DNA of 62,928 nucleotides, the filler included, from Octopus bimaculoides (lineage: Eukaryota): NCBI RefSeq assembly GCF_001194135.2. It is 5 parts of 4 records of this genome, joined end to end, with 100 filler letters (N's around TTAATTAATTAA, not from the genome) between each part and the next. Parts side by side here need not be neighbours in the genome. Positions count along the whole stretch, not along the records: positions 20,560 to 50,608 come from NC_068983.1; positions 50,709 to 60,665 come from NC_068986.1; 3 more parts are not named here. One strand, 5' to 3'. This document shows positions 40,615 through 55,203 of the stretch, one piece after another. The notes below the pieces were generated by a model, which saw only the letters and a list, made by a program, of their open reading frames with translations, had not been told where the DNA came from and did no database searches. The translations under genes and the position numbers were made by a program. Within the stretch, counting starts at the first letter, position 1, and each line of letters starts with the position of its first letter.

Positions 40615-40755
40615 AGTGGCTTTTCCGAAATTTACAATCAAAAGGCACAAAGGTGGATAAGGGTACTTACTAGTCAGGAACAGTATTTCTAGAAATAAGA
40701 ATCAGACCTCTCAGCCACGAGAAGCACTTATCTAATGACTGACAAGAGAAACTAG

Positions 40756-40842
40756 CTCCCTACCGCAAGCTAGACAGATCTATACCCTCGACGATTTCGG
40801 ATTTGATTAATCCTCATCAGTGTCTCTCACTCGGTTGGCGAG
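40756..40842 (-). ncRNA. Type I hammerhead ribozyme (extended), apparently intact
   Basis: Minus strand: AGACA (stem I) CTGATGA GGATT-aatca-AATCC (stem II) GAA ATC-gtcgagggtata-GAT (stem III) C TGTCT (stem I'); AUC triplet, predicted cleavage 3' of 40777; stem I extends beyond an internal loop (CCAACCG/CGGTAGG, then CTC/GAG). Confidence 0.85.
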
Positions 40843-41274
40843 GATTAAAACTAACTCGCTTTATCATCGCTCTGTCTCTGGGAGAGCAAATGTGGCTCTG
40901 TCTCTGGGAGAGCAAATGTAAGGAAGACACAACAGATCTTTATTTGTGTTGAAAATACATATGCATTTTGTGTATCACGAGCATATATGCACACACATCC
41001 ACACGCACGTATTGTTGCGAAAAAGTTCGACTGATACATAATCAGATATTCAATTCTTCTGAATGTGGTTTCGAATCTTGAAACATCTCAACAACTGCTA
41101 CATCGTTCACAACTCACGATTACTCAATTATATGTTATAGTTACTCAGGAAACTGTTAGAATAGGAAGAAATGACCTTGTTATCCAATTCTACTCTTGTA
41201 ACATATGTTGCTTCCGCCTTCTCATCGTAATAACCATCATCGTTATTCTCCTCCTCATCATCATCATCATCATT

Positions 41275-41474
41275 ATCTTCTTCTTCTTCTTCTTCTTCTT
41301 CTTCTTCTTCTTCTTCTTCTTCTTCTTCTTCTTCTTCTTCTTCTTCTTCTTTTTCTTCTTCTTCTTCTTCTTCTTTTCCTTCTTCTTCTTCTTCTTCTTC
41401 TTCTTCTTCTTCTTCTTCTTCTTCTTCTTCTTCTTCTTCTTCTTCTTCTTCTTCTTCTTCTTCTGTTTCTTCTT
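41275..41474 (+). repeat. Long (TTC)n microsatellite, about 60 units
   Basis: Direct inspection. Confidence 0.98.
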
Positions 41475-42959
41475 CACCAATAGTCTGTGGAATTCCAAAG
41501 GGTGGCCGTTATGGAAGTCGAGAAGGCAGCAGACGGAAGGCGGAAGTGTTTGTTGTTGCAGAACTTAACTATTTCTGTCTCTTAAATAAAATGGTAACAT
41601 ATGGAAACACGATTTTGTAAAACGTCTTATCTGTGGGACTTTATTTCTTCTTCAGCAACCACCAGCCTTTTCCATCTTTCCTGTGTCTGTCGTCTTTATT
41701 TCTCAACCTTCTCTTTTTGTCTGCTGTCTCCTTTCTTCATTGTTCTGACTGATGTTCTGCTAATCATCTTGAAACAACCGAAATCCTCCTGATACTCCCC
41801 TCTCTCCTCTTCTCCCCTCTCTCTCTCCTATTTTTCTCTGCCTCATGTCTCTTACTTATGGCAGCAATAAGAAATTATTTATTGCTATCCATATGTTTCT
41901 CTTTTTCTTCCATTTCCTTTGTTTCAGATTCTCAAATTCTTTCATTATGGAACATATAGCCATTTCGTCTGCAATACAAAGCTTGTGAATAGTTTCAACT
42001 TTTGTTACACTGAAGAAAAAAGATGTTTCTACTCAATGTTACATTCATAACATAATATTGAGTGGACCAACAACTACAAATATTTGCAATTGTGGACGAG
42101 AACTGTTGAAAGCAAGGAATATCTATCAACCCGAGCACTATTGCATTAGTAGCTTACAGGAAACCTGTTCCGATTTAAAGAAAACATGCGGATATTCAGA
42201 AAACATTTATATAAATAATTAGAAGATACGTTGGTTTAGAAATTGTTCTGAAATATAAGTCGAATATATAAATATTCTCAATATGAATATGAAAACATAA
42301 ATGTATAAATATAAGAATAATAATGTGTAAATATCAGTTGTTATGGTATTTATTAAAATATATTTCGACCAAAGTTGATTATTGTTGATGCTTAGCCCCT
42401 GATAAACCCTGATTGGACAGCCACATGATTAAGAATTTACTATTCATAAACATTCCATCATTTTCTGTAAGAGTATCTAGGGCTATATTATCGTATGCGG
42501 CTCTACCTTATTTTTAACACTTGATTTATGATTGTGGTTCTAACACGATGCCACAGCTATTACAGCTCGTCTAGCGAAAGCACACACTCATCGGTTCGCA
42601 GATTCAAGGTGTGGTATATCAGATCATACCTTTCTGGAGAACATCAATGACATATGTGGTGTGAAACCGTAACAACCGCAAAATGAATATAACAAGTTCT
42701 GTATTTAGAGGAATAAAAATAGCATTTTATGACGTCTGTTTCTTTCAACCGGTTGCGCTTCAACATTCAACATTATATACAAAAATAAACTAATCTGAAA
42801 GATAAATACTCATTCTATGTTCTAAGTTCAAATCGGTTTTATCTACACAAAATCTCAATATTCTCATTATATATTCAAAATTAAAATCTTATATGCATGT
42901 ATGTATATATAAATTTCCTCGACGCAAAATTCAGATCTTTTGTTCTCAATGTTATAAGA

Positions 42960-44900
<1,941 letters not shown>

Positions 44901-44994
44901 AGCATTGCAGAAAATAAAGGAGAGTATATTTTAGATCAAAACTATCTAACTTATTGAACAACGTTGTTCTTGAAACTCATAAAAACTACACGAA

Positions 44995-45297
44995 ATAGTC
45001 ACGGCTGGAGAGCATTTGCACATAGGTCTGATCAATCTGAGCTAACGTGAAGCTAAACAGCAATAACAAGAATATTCAACAGTTAGATATTTTTTTCATT
45101 CAGGGAGGCAATAACATACGCAGACTATTTGATCTGCTAGGAATAGCAGCAAATATCCCACAAATTATATCCTACGTGTAAGATATAAAGGCTCATAGAA
45201 CAGTGTAATCCAAGATAAACCAAAAGAGGGATACTCGAAGCTATAAGATGAAACAGCTTAGGTCTGCTCCATTAAGGCTGACTAGGGACTAAACTAA
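44995..45297 (-). repeat. Degenerate interspersed repeat family E (two fragments)
   Basis: Reverse complement of 44995-45070 aligns with 54655-54735 (gttgttgt.t.a.c.....t.agat..atc..acctatg...aaa.gc..tcca.c.gtg.c.att). Confidence 0.55.
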
Positions 45298-45533
45298 CGA
45301 CTACTATTGCTACTACTGCTGGTTTAGGTATAATAAGATAATTGACTAGTAATCTAGGAAGACCAAGTATAACCATCGTAGATACGATTTGATGACTTAA
45401 TTTTCTATTCAATAGTTTTGAAAGTGTTTGATTATTAATCAGTGTCAATTAATTATATCAATACTTGGCGGTATACGTAATAAATAAGTATATCTCCAGC
45501 TTATCCACATTGTATTTTTTATTATGCGCGTAT

Positions 45534-45574
<41 letters not shown>

Positions 45575-47111
45575 ACCAGAAAGATATATTAGAGGCTACT
45601 GAAAGACATAGAGAGGGTGAGCGAAATGACTAACAAATGGGTAGAAATACAAACGTCTGTAATAAGTAAATGCGAATGGTTTCTCCATAAACACGCATAC
45701 ACACATACACACACACACACACACATATTTAGTTTCCTTTGCGTATTTGCTTACACGTATACAACTGCATACATACAGACATACACAGACACAAATATAT
45801 GTCTGTGTATATATATATATGCATACATGCATACATGTATACACGCATGCGTCGGTGCATATATTCATGTAAATTCATGCATATATATTGTAATCCTAGA
45901 TTTTATTGAACTATCTGGCGAGTATACAGTGCTCAATTATAAATAAATAAATTTGTTAGGAAAGATGAAAATTCGACTGATGATCTTACTGCCCTAGAGA
46001 CGCTTTACTTAATTACCAGATGAATACGTGCATACATTCATACATACATAGAGGCATACATACATACAGACAGGCAGAGAGACAGACAGGCGGAAAGATA
46101 AACAGACAGCCAGGTAGGCAGGCAGGCAGGCAGGCAGAAAAGCAGACAGTGTATGTGTCTGTGTGTGAGAGTATGGGTGTCTAAAATCTTTAATATTATT
46201 AATTAGATGTCAACTATTACAAACTTTCAGGTGATAATTAATGAGGTGCAGCTAAATTATTCTGAGATATTCATATTAAGATAAAACACACACACACACA
46301 CGCAACTACACATATATACGCATTCACACGTATACATATAGAGGGTTACATATATACATATACATACACACATACATACACACATATACACATATATGTG
46401 TATGTGTGCTTGTGTATGTATGTGTGTATGGAATAGTATGATATGCCCAGTCTTATGCAAATTCTGGTTGCATCATTCACCTCGTCTTTCTCACCGAAGT
46501 TGTTCATGATGTTGTTGTGATGCAATGCATGTAATTTATGTTACATTCGATAGGGCCTCATGTACCTAATACAGTATATTGAGAAATTTCGACTTACGAA
46601 CATTATCCCTACATTTGGCAGATAAAATATTTGTTTGTATGTACGTTGTCCAAGTTTCATTTTTAAATGTTTGATAGCTGCAAACAATGCTCTTACATTA
46701 GCATTTAGGACATTAACTAGATACACATGAACGTAAAAATACAAGTATACATTGTATGTTTGGTTTATGAATTTTTACACATGCTTATAGTTCTTTTTTA
46801 TGCGTGCCAATATATACCTAAATAGGTGCGATATAGGGATCTCATTCAACTAAAACATTAACACTGTATCAAATGTTCCCAGAAGATTCTTTCAGCATCC
46901 TGGTGAGACAGTACTAAGCATAGAATATGTTATATCAATGACAGCAACAGCATCAACTCTACAGTATACTGATGTCAACTGAAGTTTTGATGTATGTATG
47001 TATATAATATAATATAATATAATATATGATATGATAGATAGACAGACAGACTGACTGACAAACAGGCAGACAGACAGACAGACAGACAGACAGATAGACA
47101 GACAGACAGAC

Positions 47112-47159
<48 letters not shown>

Positions 47160-47329
47160 GTCTCCGTTTCTTCTGTAGGATATTCTACGTCTATCTACAC
47201 CAATGTCATTGTCTGGTTAGCAACCTACAGAATTATCTCAAAGACCAATTGAAAAGCATTTTAAAGAGTTGAAACGTCAAACCCATCATGAATGCGGGCG
47301 GAAAATAGCGACTAACCGTTCAAATTGGC

Positions 47330-47720
47330 TTTCGCACTGTTTGAGAAGGATTTAAGATATGGAAGATAAACGAAATCAAACCCAGTAGAGAAGCAGTTAA
47401 GGAGGCATCTACGCAGATTGATAGCTAGCTCCTCCAAACGAATATTTACCTGTTCCCTCTGCAACTGAAGTAACCCAACTAGAATACTGGTGTACAGCCA
47501 TCAAAGAATCCTGAAAGGAACACGGTCGTCGTGAACTCGATGGATAACTTTGAACTAAATATATATAGCTGTTACAGGCAAAACTTGTTACATATTTTCT
47601 CAAACACTTGACGTCTTGTATTTGCAATCTTGTCGATTAGCTACGGTGTTTCAGGTTCGGTAAAGCTCGGTTTCTCAAAAGTGGTACTGAAGCGCTTAGT
47701 TGCATAATGATATCCCCACT
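47330..47720 (-). mobile_element. Highly degenerate Penelope-like GIY-YIG remnant
   Basis: FACNSYIYLVQ, SLMAVH, TSILVGLLQ...IRLEELAINLRRCLLN resemble C.S..VIY...SAIxxH...FxIL...LEALxI....LN. Confidence 0.4.
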
Positions 47721-49392
47721 ACCATCAACACCAAAAAAATTATAGGTATAAATCTAAAGCAACAGCCCAAAACTACCATCTGAAAAATTCTTATTAAATT
47801 AGTACACGTTTGCTCTTTCTTTCATCTTTAACATTAGGATAACGGATGCTAGACAGCTAATTTCTATGACTGTGCGCAGTTTCTTTCCTGCATTCTAAAT
47901 GATTATAGCTGAATTTTTAGACCTACATACTTCAAAGTTTTTGCAGGAACATTCCACCAGTATTCTTTCGGTTGAGTATACCTTCCACATCTTCAGGACT
48001 ACTTTCTTGGGATTTATTTCGTATTACTTTTTAGCCAGTGTGCAGCTGACATTTACGGACAACTATTTATTGTGCAGGCCACACCTTTAGTTTTAATTCT
48101 TCAGAGTCTGCGTAAGTCCTTACAGCTAGATGTTTTATCTTCATCCCTGTCCTTTATCTGTATCAAGAAGATTTTATTATATCCTTTTCCTTCAAAGTGA
48201 GAGACAGTATACAGGTTGTTGGTCTAAAATTGACTAATCTGGTTATCTAAGTTACTTTCACTATAAAGCTTTCTGACAACATAATCATGTATGACAATTT
48301 GCTTATAAACAGACAGATACTCTTTTCATGCAGTATGCCTCATGTAAGAACACTTGGTTTATGGTGCAGCATTTAAACGTTACAGTCAACTGGTGGTTTG
48401 CAGGTACTGTCTAAAGAATGCATTAAGATTTTCAGAATCAATTTGAACCAATGTTAAGTATTTACCTCCTTGTTTTCGTTTGAAGTTGAAGAGGTCATTA
48501 TTATTTATAAGGAAATTTCTGATATTGTTTAACACTTTTCTGGTGAGTGGTGCGAACTCATGTAGAGTCCAAATCGAACTGTCTGAGGACTGAGATGAGT
48601 ACAGGTAAACAAAACAGATTTAAGACCACAGGTTTACTGTATGCAGAGAGCTTTGATAACTACATTTTTTATCGATATAATTGTCAATAGTTACGTATTC
48701 CTTGTAATGTTTCCTGGCAAAAGATGTGTGCGTGTGTGTGTGTGCGCGTGCGCCTGTGTGTTGAGTTCTTCGTCAGATACACGTCATAGATAGAGATGAT
48801 GCTCAACAGGTTTGAATGTTCCATCATTTCGCAATCAGTTGGCAATATTAATCATAACAAATATAGGTATGCATATGTATACAAATACATGTACAGGAAA
48901 AATCTGTGCGCATTAAAAGATGTTACCAAGCAAATAAGATATCATTATAAATAAATTATTGTAAAAAATATATTGACATTTTCGCCTCTATAGATTTATC
49001 TTCCCTCTATATTTATATAAGTACATAATTACAACAGTTAAAACTGATATTACAATTGCCGCTACTAAAATTGACACTACAAATATTATGACCTCGCCCA
49101 AGGCCATCGGATAGAGACCAGTATCCACAATCAAGTGAAATTTTTAATAAAAATATATAACCTGCTAAAACTGCTTTTATGAAAATTAATTTAATTAAAT
49201 TCAATAAATGTTCTATTCTCTTATTTGCATGACTAGATCGCCCTAAAAAGTTAAAACTGGTAGCATAACTTCATAAAAACGCACATTTTTTTCCCTTTTT
49301 TTAACTTAGCATAAAATTCTCAAATAATTTTTTCCATTAGTTCTTTAAATAAATTTACTCGTGTGAAAACCTTTTCACTATATGTGTGTAAG

Positions 49393-49432
<40 letters not shown>

Positions 49433-49579
49433 TGAGAGAGAGAGAGAGAGACAGACAGATAGACAGAGAGGAAGATTCATATTAGTATAGATATAGATAT
49501 GCGAACATGCATATATCCATGTATGTATACACTCATACATGCATGTGTGGAATAGCAACACACACGTGCGGAATAGCAA

Positions 49580-49616
<37 letters not shown>

Positions 49617-50532
49617 TATTAGGTAGATAGATTGAAAGAATACCTGTTCACGTGCAAACACACAAATACACACAAACATACACCTGTCGAAAGCTGTAAA
49701 TGTTTCTTTATTATTCTTGGAAAATCTTTGATACATATGTTTGTGTGTGTGTGTGTGTGTGTGTGCGTGAGTGTGTGTGTGTGTGTGTGCTTGTGTGTGA
49801 CTCTGTATGCTTTGTATATTTGCATAACTACGTATTTAGAATGACTCATACATATACATAATTAAATGTATACACCCCTATACATACACGTACATACATT
49901 CATATACACGTATTAACCATGCACAGATATGTATCTACAATAAGCATATATACACACATGCATGAATATACACAACAAGCATACACAGATAACTATATAT
50001 GCACGTAATGTATGTAAGTTCTTGCCAATGTATATGCACTTAAAAACAATTTAAGACAAGTTAAACGAATATTTCTGCTTACCAATTTGATTACGTTTTT
50101 CTAAATAGCTTTTTAATTTGATTTTTGTTGTTGTTGTTGTTAATATCGTACAGCGTCTACCCACTTCTTCTGTCACTTGTCATACGACAAGTAAATTATT
50201 CTATCCCAGCATGCAATATCATCTCACCATCTACGAGTTAGAACCTGAGAAGTAGAATCTCTTGTGATCTAGTTGATATCATTAACTCTTGTCTATCGTT
50301 TGTCAATCTTTGGGCCTGACAGCTTTGTCTAACTCTTCGTGTGAATCTCTTCTCTCGACGTATGCGTTGTGTGCGTATGTCTCTTCTCTGAGTAAGGACT
50401 TGTGTGCGTGCGTGTGTATATACATACTTCTATACTGATGCAAACCAATCTATGTCTAAAATGTGCGTGGATATGTACTTCTTTATCTACCTACCTACCT
50501 ACCTACCTACTTATATACATACATACATACAT

Positions 50533-50583
<51 letters not shown>

Positions 50584-50969
50584 GTAATGTATATATATAT
50601 ATATATATNNNNNNNNNNNNNNNNNNNNNNNNNNNNNNNNNNNNNNNNNNNNTTAATTAATTAANNNNNNNNNNNNNNNNNNNNNNNNNNNNNNNNNNNN
50701 NNNNNNNNCATGGGAACTGCCCATATCCTACGTAAAATACTGTCTATGTGATCTCAAATTTTAAAGCAAACACATAATTTTCTTATGGTTTCTTAAACAT
50801 TCACTTGAACAAAACTGTACAAATCCAAATATATGGTACCCTAGGCATAACACCTACATGAACTTCTAACTTGTTGTCTCTTGAGGTCTCTGGGTGAGAC
50901 TTGGATCCAACTTGTACAAATGCAAAACAAAAGTCAAACATAAAATAATAATAATAATAATAATAATAA

Positions 50970-51165
50970 TCCTTTCTACTGGAAGCACAAGGCCTCAAAT
51001 TTGGGGGAAGGGATTCAGTCGATAACATCAAGCCCAATGTTCAACTGGTACTTATTTTATCGAGTCTGAATGAATGAAAGGCGAAGTCGACCTGGGAGGA
51101 ATCAGAACTCAGAATACCGGTAAGTATTTCGTCCAGCGTGCTAACGATTCTGCTAGCTCGCCGCC

Positions 51166-51167
<2 letters not shown>
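50970..51167 (-). mobile_element. Family A SINE with small internal deletion, flanked by (AAT)n
   Basis: Minus head AAGGCGGCGAGCTAGCAGAATCGTTAGCACGCTGG, B box GAGTTCTGATTCC, tail ccccaaatttgaggccttgtgc..agtagaaagg. Confidence 0.88.
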
Positions 51168-51209
<42 letters not shown>

Positions 51210-51246
51210 TTTAAAAGGATTGACGTAACTCTTCACAAAGGTAAAC

Positions 51247-52100
51247 AGTCAAGACGAAGAGCGCGATTCGATTGTAAGATATTTTATAAGTTGAACGATA
51301 TTTCAACAGTACGTCTGTCTTTGTCAAGTTCAAAATAATAAGCGATAAAAATTCAAAATTACAGAAAATTAAACGTAAAGTATGAACGAGAGCCCTGTTC
51401 ATTGTGCAACAACACGAGTGAAGTTAATTCCATCAGAAATCATAACAGAAATGTTATGATTTATACAGAAGGTGGAACATGTAAAGATTCCCATTTGGTG
51501 TACGCTGCAGAATGCACGAAACACAACTTAATTTATGTTGGTTGTACAACATAACAATTAAACAAAAGGTTTAATGGGCACAGATTCGCCGTCAGGCACT
51601 ATAACAGTAGTTCGACAGAACTTGCTGAACATTTCGTTTCAAGCAGCTGCAATTTTGAAGACTTGAAAGTGCATATTCTCAGAAAATATTCTGAATCTGC
51701 TTCACTTTCGCTTCTCAGAATGTATGAGAAATATGTTTGCAGGTTAATTACATCACACCCTGGAGGAATGAATAAGATGACAGGAGAATATCATCAAATT
51801 TATAGAAAACTGTTTGATTAAATCTCTCAATATTCTTCTTTCTCTCTTCTTTCCTTTTTTTCTGTCTTCTTTTTTCTATTTTTTTCTTTTCGCCTGTTAT
51901 AAAATTGTAACTTAAAACTGATGATGTCATTCCATCGACGTGTGGACGCAGGTTGCTCTTGTTCATACTTTACGTTTGAATTTCTGTAATTTTGAATTTT
52001 TATCACTTCTTATTTTAAACTTGACAAAGACAGACTTACTGTTGAGATATCGTCCGACTAATAAAATATCTTACAATCGAATCGCGCTCTTCGTCTTGAC

Positions 52101-52101
<1 letters not shown>
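51247..52101 (+). mobile_element. 5'-truncated Penelope-like element: inverted pLTR, GIY-YIG, decayed hammerhead, pLTR
   Basis: 51247-51397 is the reverse complement (roughly 90% by eye) of 51949-52101; between them CKDSHLVYAAECTKHNLIYVGCTT*QLNKRFNGHR...LAEHF...LKVHIL...MYEKYVCRLITSHPGGMNK; CTGATGA at 51918-51924. Confidence 0.85.
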
Positions 52102-52143
<42 letters not shown>

Positions 52144-52148
<5 letters not shown>

Positions 52149-53173
52149 CTATTCCCGGAGATAAATCTGTCAACAACAAAAATACAGACGAATACAGATC
52201 TGTTAGCCTTAAGAAGCTACGTTACGAGCAATGTTTTCATTCAGAGATGTCGGGGGCAGTGTTGTCTCAAAAAATTAACCCTAAACAGACATATCCGTCC
52301 CCTAATGTCAACGTCCAAGCTCGTCATGCCTCAACGATAACAAAGCAAAATACAAACCGAATCGGCCGTCACCCGCATCACCAAGGGCCGCGTACTCGAA
52401 TGAGGACCTAGATTGGGTGCGAAAAATCAGCTACTGGTTCAAATCTTACTGAAACACAGGAGCTGGAAGCACCCCACAACCGGAATATTCCAACAGATGG
52501 CTATCCACGTTCGTCATCAAATAGCCAAAAGAAAAAGAATGTAAAATTGTCAAGAGGAGATAATAAAGAAGTTCTTAAGGCTTTCTATCATGCCATGTAT
52601 TTCCACACAAATAAATCTAATACTGAACAAACCTACCTAAGCTTGAGACAGAAGCACCTTCAAATAAGATCCTACATAGACAGTAACAAACTTTCCAACG
52701 TCAAAAGAAACATTATGAAAAAGAAATTACCAACTGAATTAGAGATTGACTAAATAAAACAATCAGTAAGGGATAAAAGGAACGGAGTTGCCGCTAAGGA
52801 AGATGCTACTGAGGAAATAATTATAAACCAAACCGGATCTGATGAAAATGTTGTAATGATAAAATGAGTCAATGTAACTGATTAGCAAAGTAAAATACTC
52901 TCTGAACCAGCCATAAACACCAGGGCAGAGGAAAATCAAATAGATGAAGTAAGTCAGACAGAAATTAACCCAACTGAAATAGATGATCTAAAAAATCGAA
53001 TCATGATTGAATGGCTGAAAATTAAAGAAACCAGTATGACGGTCGACGTGACGGTCGACCAAAAATTCGCAATTCTAACCAAAATCTGAAAGTAATTGGT
53101 AAAATCCACCTTGCACTGAAAGATATAATTTCTGCTAATGATGTTGATATTACAGATCTCAACCACCCGTCCT
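52144..53173 (+). mobile_element. R4/Dong-like restriction-endonuclease (RLE) non-LTR retrotransposon, 5' region
   Basis: Follows (TAA)n; degenerate ORF KLSRGDNKEVLKAFYHAMY...YIDSNKLSNVKRNIMKKKLPTELEID*IK...KNRIMIEWLKIK...DITDLN resembles the R4-clade N-terminus; ends at a 10-N gap. Confidence 0.6.
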
Positions 53174-53191
53174 NNNNNNNNNNAATAATAA

Positions 53192-53396
53192 TCTTTTCTA
53201 CTGTAGGCACAGGGCCTGAAATTTTGGAGGAGGTGACTAATCGATCACATCGACCTCAGTACTTGACTGGTACTTAATTTACTGACTCCGAAAGGATGAA
53301 AGGCAAAGACGATCTCGAACTCAGAACGCAACGACGGGCAAAATACCGCTTAGTATTTCGTCCAGCGTGTTAACAATTCTGCCAGCTCGCAGCCCT
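53192..53396 (-). mobile_element. Family A SINE
   Basis: Full head, body and tail similarity to other copies; (AAT)n on both sides. Confidence 0.88.
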
Positions 53397-53463
53397 AATA
53401 ATAATAATAATAATGGTAATAATAATAATAATAATAATAATGATAATAATAATAATAATAATG

Positions 53464-53500
<37 letters not shown>

Positions 53501-53501
<1 letters not shown>

Positions 53502-53717
53502 TCTTTCTGCTATAGGCACAAGGCTTGACATTTTGGAGAAGAGAGTAAGTCGATTACATCGATGCCAGTACTCAACTGATACTTAATTTATCGACCTCGA
53601 AAGATGAAAGGCAAAGTCTACCTCGGTGGAATTTGAACTCAGAACGTCTTTAAGACGGACGAAATGCTGCTAAGTATTTTGCCTGGTGCGCTAACGATTC
53701 TGCCAGCCCGTCACCTT
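53501..53717 (-). mobile_element. Family A SINE
   Basis: Full head, body and tail; B box GAGTTCAAATTCC on minus; (AAT)n flank. Confidence 0.88.
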
Positions 53718-53729
53718 AATGATAATGAT

Positions 53730-54246
53730 GATACGAGTGTTTGGTACCAACATATATCGGAAAAGGTAATGGACGGAAAGGAGAAGGCAAAAATCCTCTG
53801 GGACTTTGACATCCAGGCAGACAAGGTATTAGAGCACCGAAGGCCGAACATAGTAACCTTTAGAAGGGGCAAGCAAGAGTGCCTAATAATTGATGTGGCA
53901 GTGCCAGGAGATCAATATATCATCATGAAAGAAAGAGAAAAGGTTGATAAATATGGAGACCTGAGAATTGAGATCGCTAAGATGTGGCAGCTACGAGAGT
54001 CAAACGTAAAGGTTATCCTTATTTTTATCGACGCATTGGGTTCAATACCACCCAATCTGAAAAATAAAACATCTGAAAGCTTTAAAAATACCCTACAATT
54101 TAGGTGTATTGCAAAACTCGGCATTACTTGGAGCTACGTAACGTACTGTCTGTCTGAGGTCCTTGTTGCGACTTGACAAACAGTACAAATCTCCAGTAGA
54201 CACAATATCTTTAACCTCACGCTATTGTATACTGTGCGACGTCTTT
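53730..54246 (+). mobile_element. R4/Dong-like non-LTR retrotransposon 3' end with RLE domain
   Basis: VWYQH...AKILWDFDIQADKVLEHRRPNIV...CLIIDVAVPGD...EREKVDKYGDLRIEIAKMWQ...DALGSIP (PD..D..EK..KY type RLE, catalytic PD changed to PN); 3' UTR ends in (TAA)n. Confidence 0.88.
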
Positions 54247-54260
54247 AATAATAATAATAA

Positions 54261-54472
54261 TCCTTTCTATTATAGGCACAAGGCCCTGAAATTTCGTGGG
54301 AGGAGGCCAGATGATTAGATCGACCCCTGTACTCAACTGGCACTTAATTTATCGACCCCAAAAAGATAAGAGGCAAAGTCGACATCAGCGGAATTTGAAC
54401 TCAGAACATAAAGACGGACGAAATACCGCGAAGCATTTTGCCCGGTGTGCTAACGATTCTGCCAGCTCACCG
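54261..54472 (-). mobile_element. Family A SINE
   Basis: Full body and tail, B box GAGTTCAAATTCC on minus. Confidence 0.88.
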
Positions 54473-54943
54473 AATCTATTGCTACATTAATTTAGTGGCA
54501 TATTTTTAGTGTTGGTATTTGCGCCCAGACAACGCTGGACAAATCGTTGTATTGATCTGAAATATATTTGGTTTCGCATCTTTATTGCGGGATATGTTGC
54601 TAAAAGACGCAGTGTTCAAAAACACACGGTCTCCATTTGAAAGATTAAGTTGTTGTTGTTGTTGTCTAACTCCAAGTCAACTAAGATCAATCTTACCTAT
54701 GATGAAAGGCATTCCAACTGTGGCCATTCCATTTTATTTCAATAGTATCTACGCTGTTATTATTTTGAAAACGATAGTGCGTTATACTAGTGGAAATTTG
54801 GCAGCTAATTCTAGCAGGTCGTACAACCATAAAGGGTCTACTTCGCTGGCTCAGAAGAATTGCAGGTTGTTGATATCGGTCCGGGTTCTCTAGATCTATG
54901 AGCAAAAGTGCTCCATCTGTGACCAGCCCGTCTGTTTTTTTTT

Positions 54944-55203
54944 ACTCAGAACCAAAAGCCGGAAGAAATAACACGAAGCCTTTTGTACGGCATGCTAATG
55001 ATTCTGGCAGCTCGCCGCCTCGATAATAATAATAGAGTCTGATTTAGGCACATGGCTACCTTACTTAATACTTTATTTTATCAACCCTAGAGGTATGAAA
55101 GTCAAAGTTTGCCTTGTCGGTGTTTGAACTCAGAAGATAAAGAGTCAGAACAGATACCACAAAGCATTTTTCCGATGCTTTAATGATTCTGCTAATCTAC
55201 CGC
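54944..55203 (-). mobile_element. Two further degenerate family A SINE fragments (about 54944-55020 and 55040-55203)
   Basis: gctaatgattctggcagctcgccgcc and tttgaactcagaagat...aatgattctgctaatctaccgc heads. Confidence 0.7.

Noticed and set aside
41928-41959. Strong acceptor (long pyrimidine tract + cAG) that could give a terminal exon DSQILSLWNI*
   Set aside because: No donor or homology, 40 kb and two scaffold joins from exon 2190; such tracts are common here.
42725-42775. Minus-strand TTGAAGC CAACCGGTTG...GAAAC AGAC GTC downstream of the PLE GIY-YIG
   Set aside because: Two core mismatches and no stem I; at best an unrecoverable relic.
47941-48000. Minus-strand CTGAAGA...GAAA motif
   Set aside because: Stem II does not close onto GAAA and there is no NUH/stem I.
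52393-52445. Hammerhead-like CGAATGA...GAAA...TTC in the R4-like 5' UTR
   Set aside because: Core is not CUGANGA and no stem I pairing.
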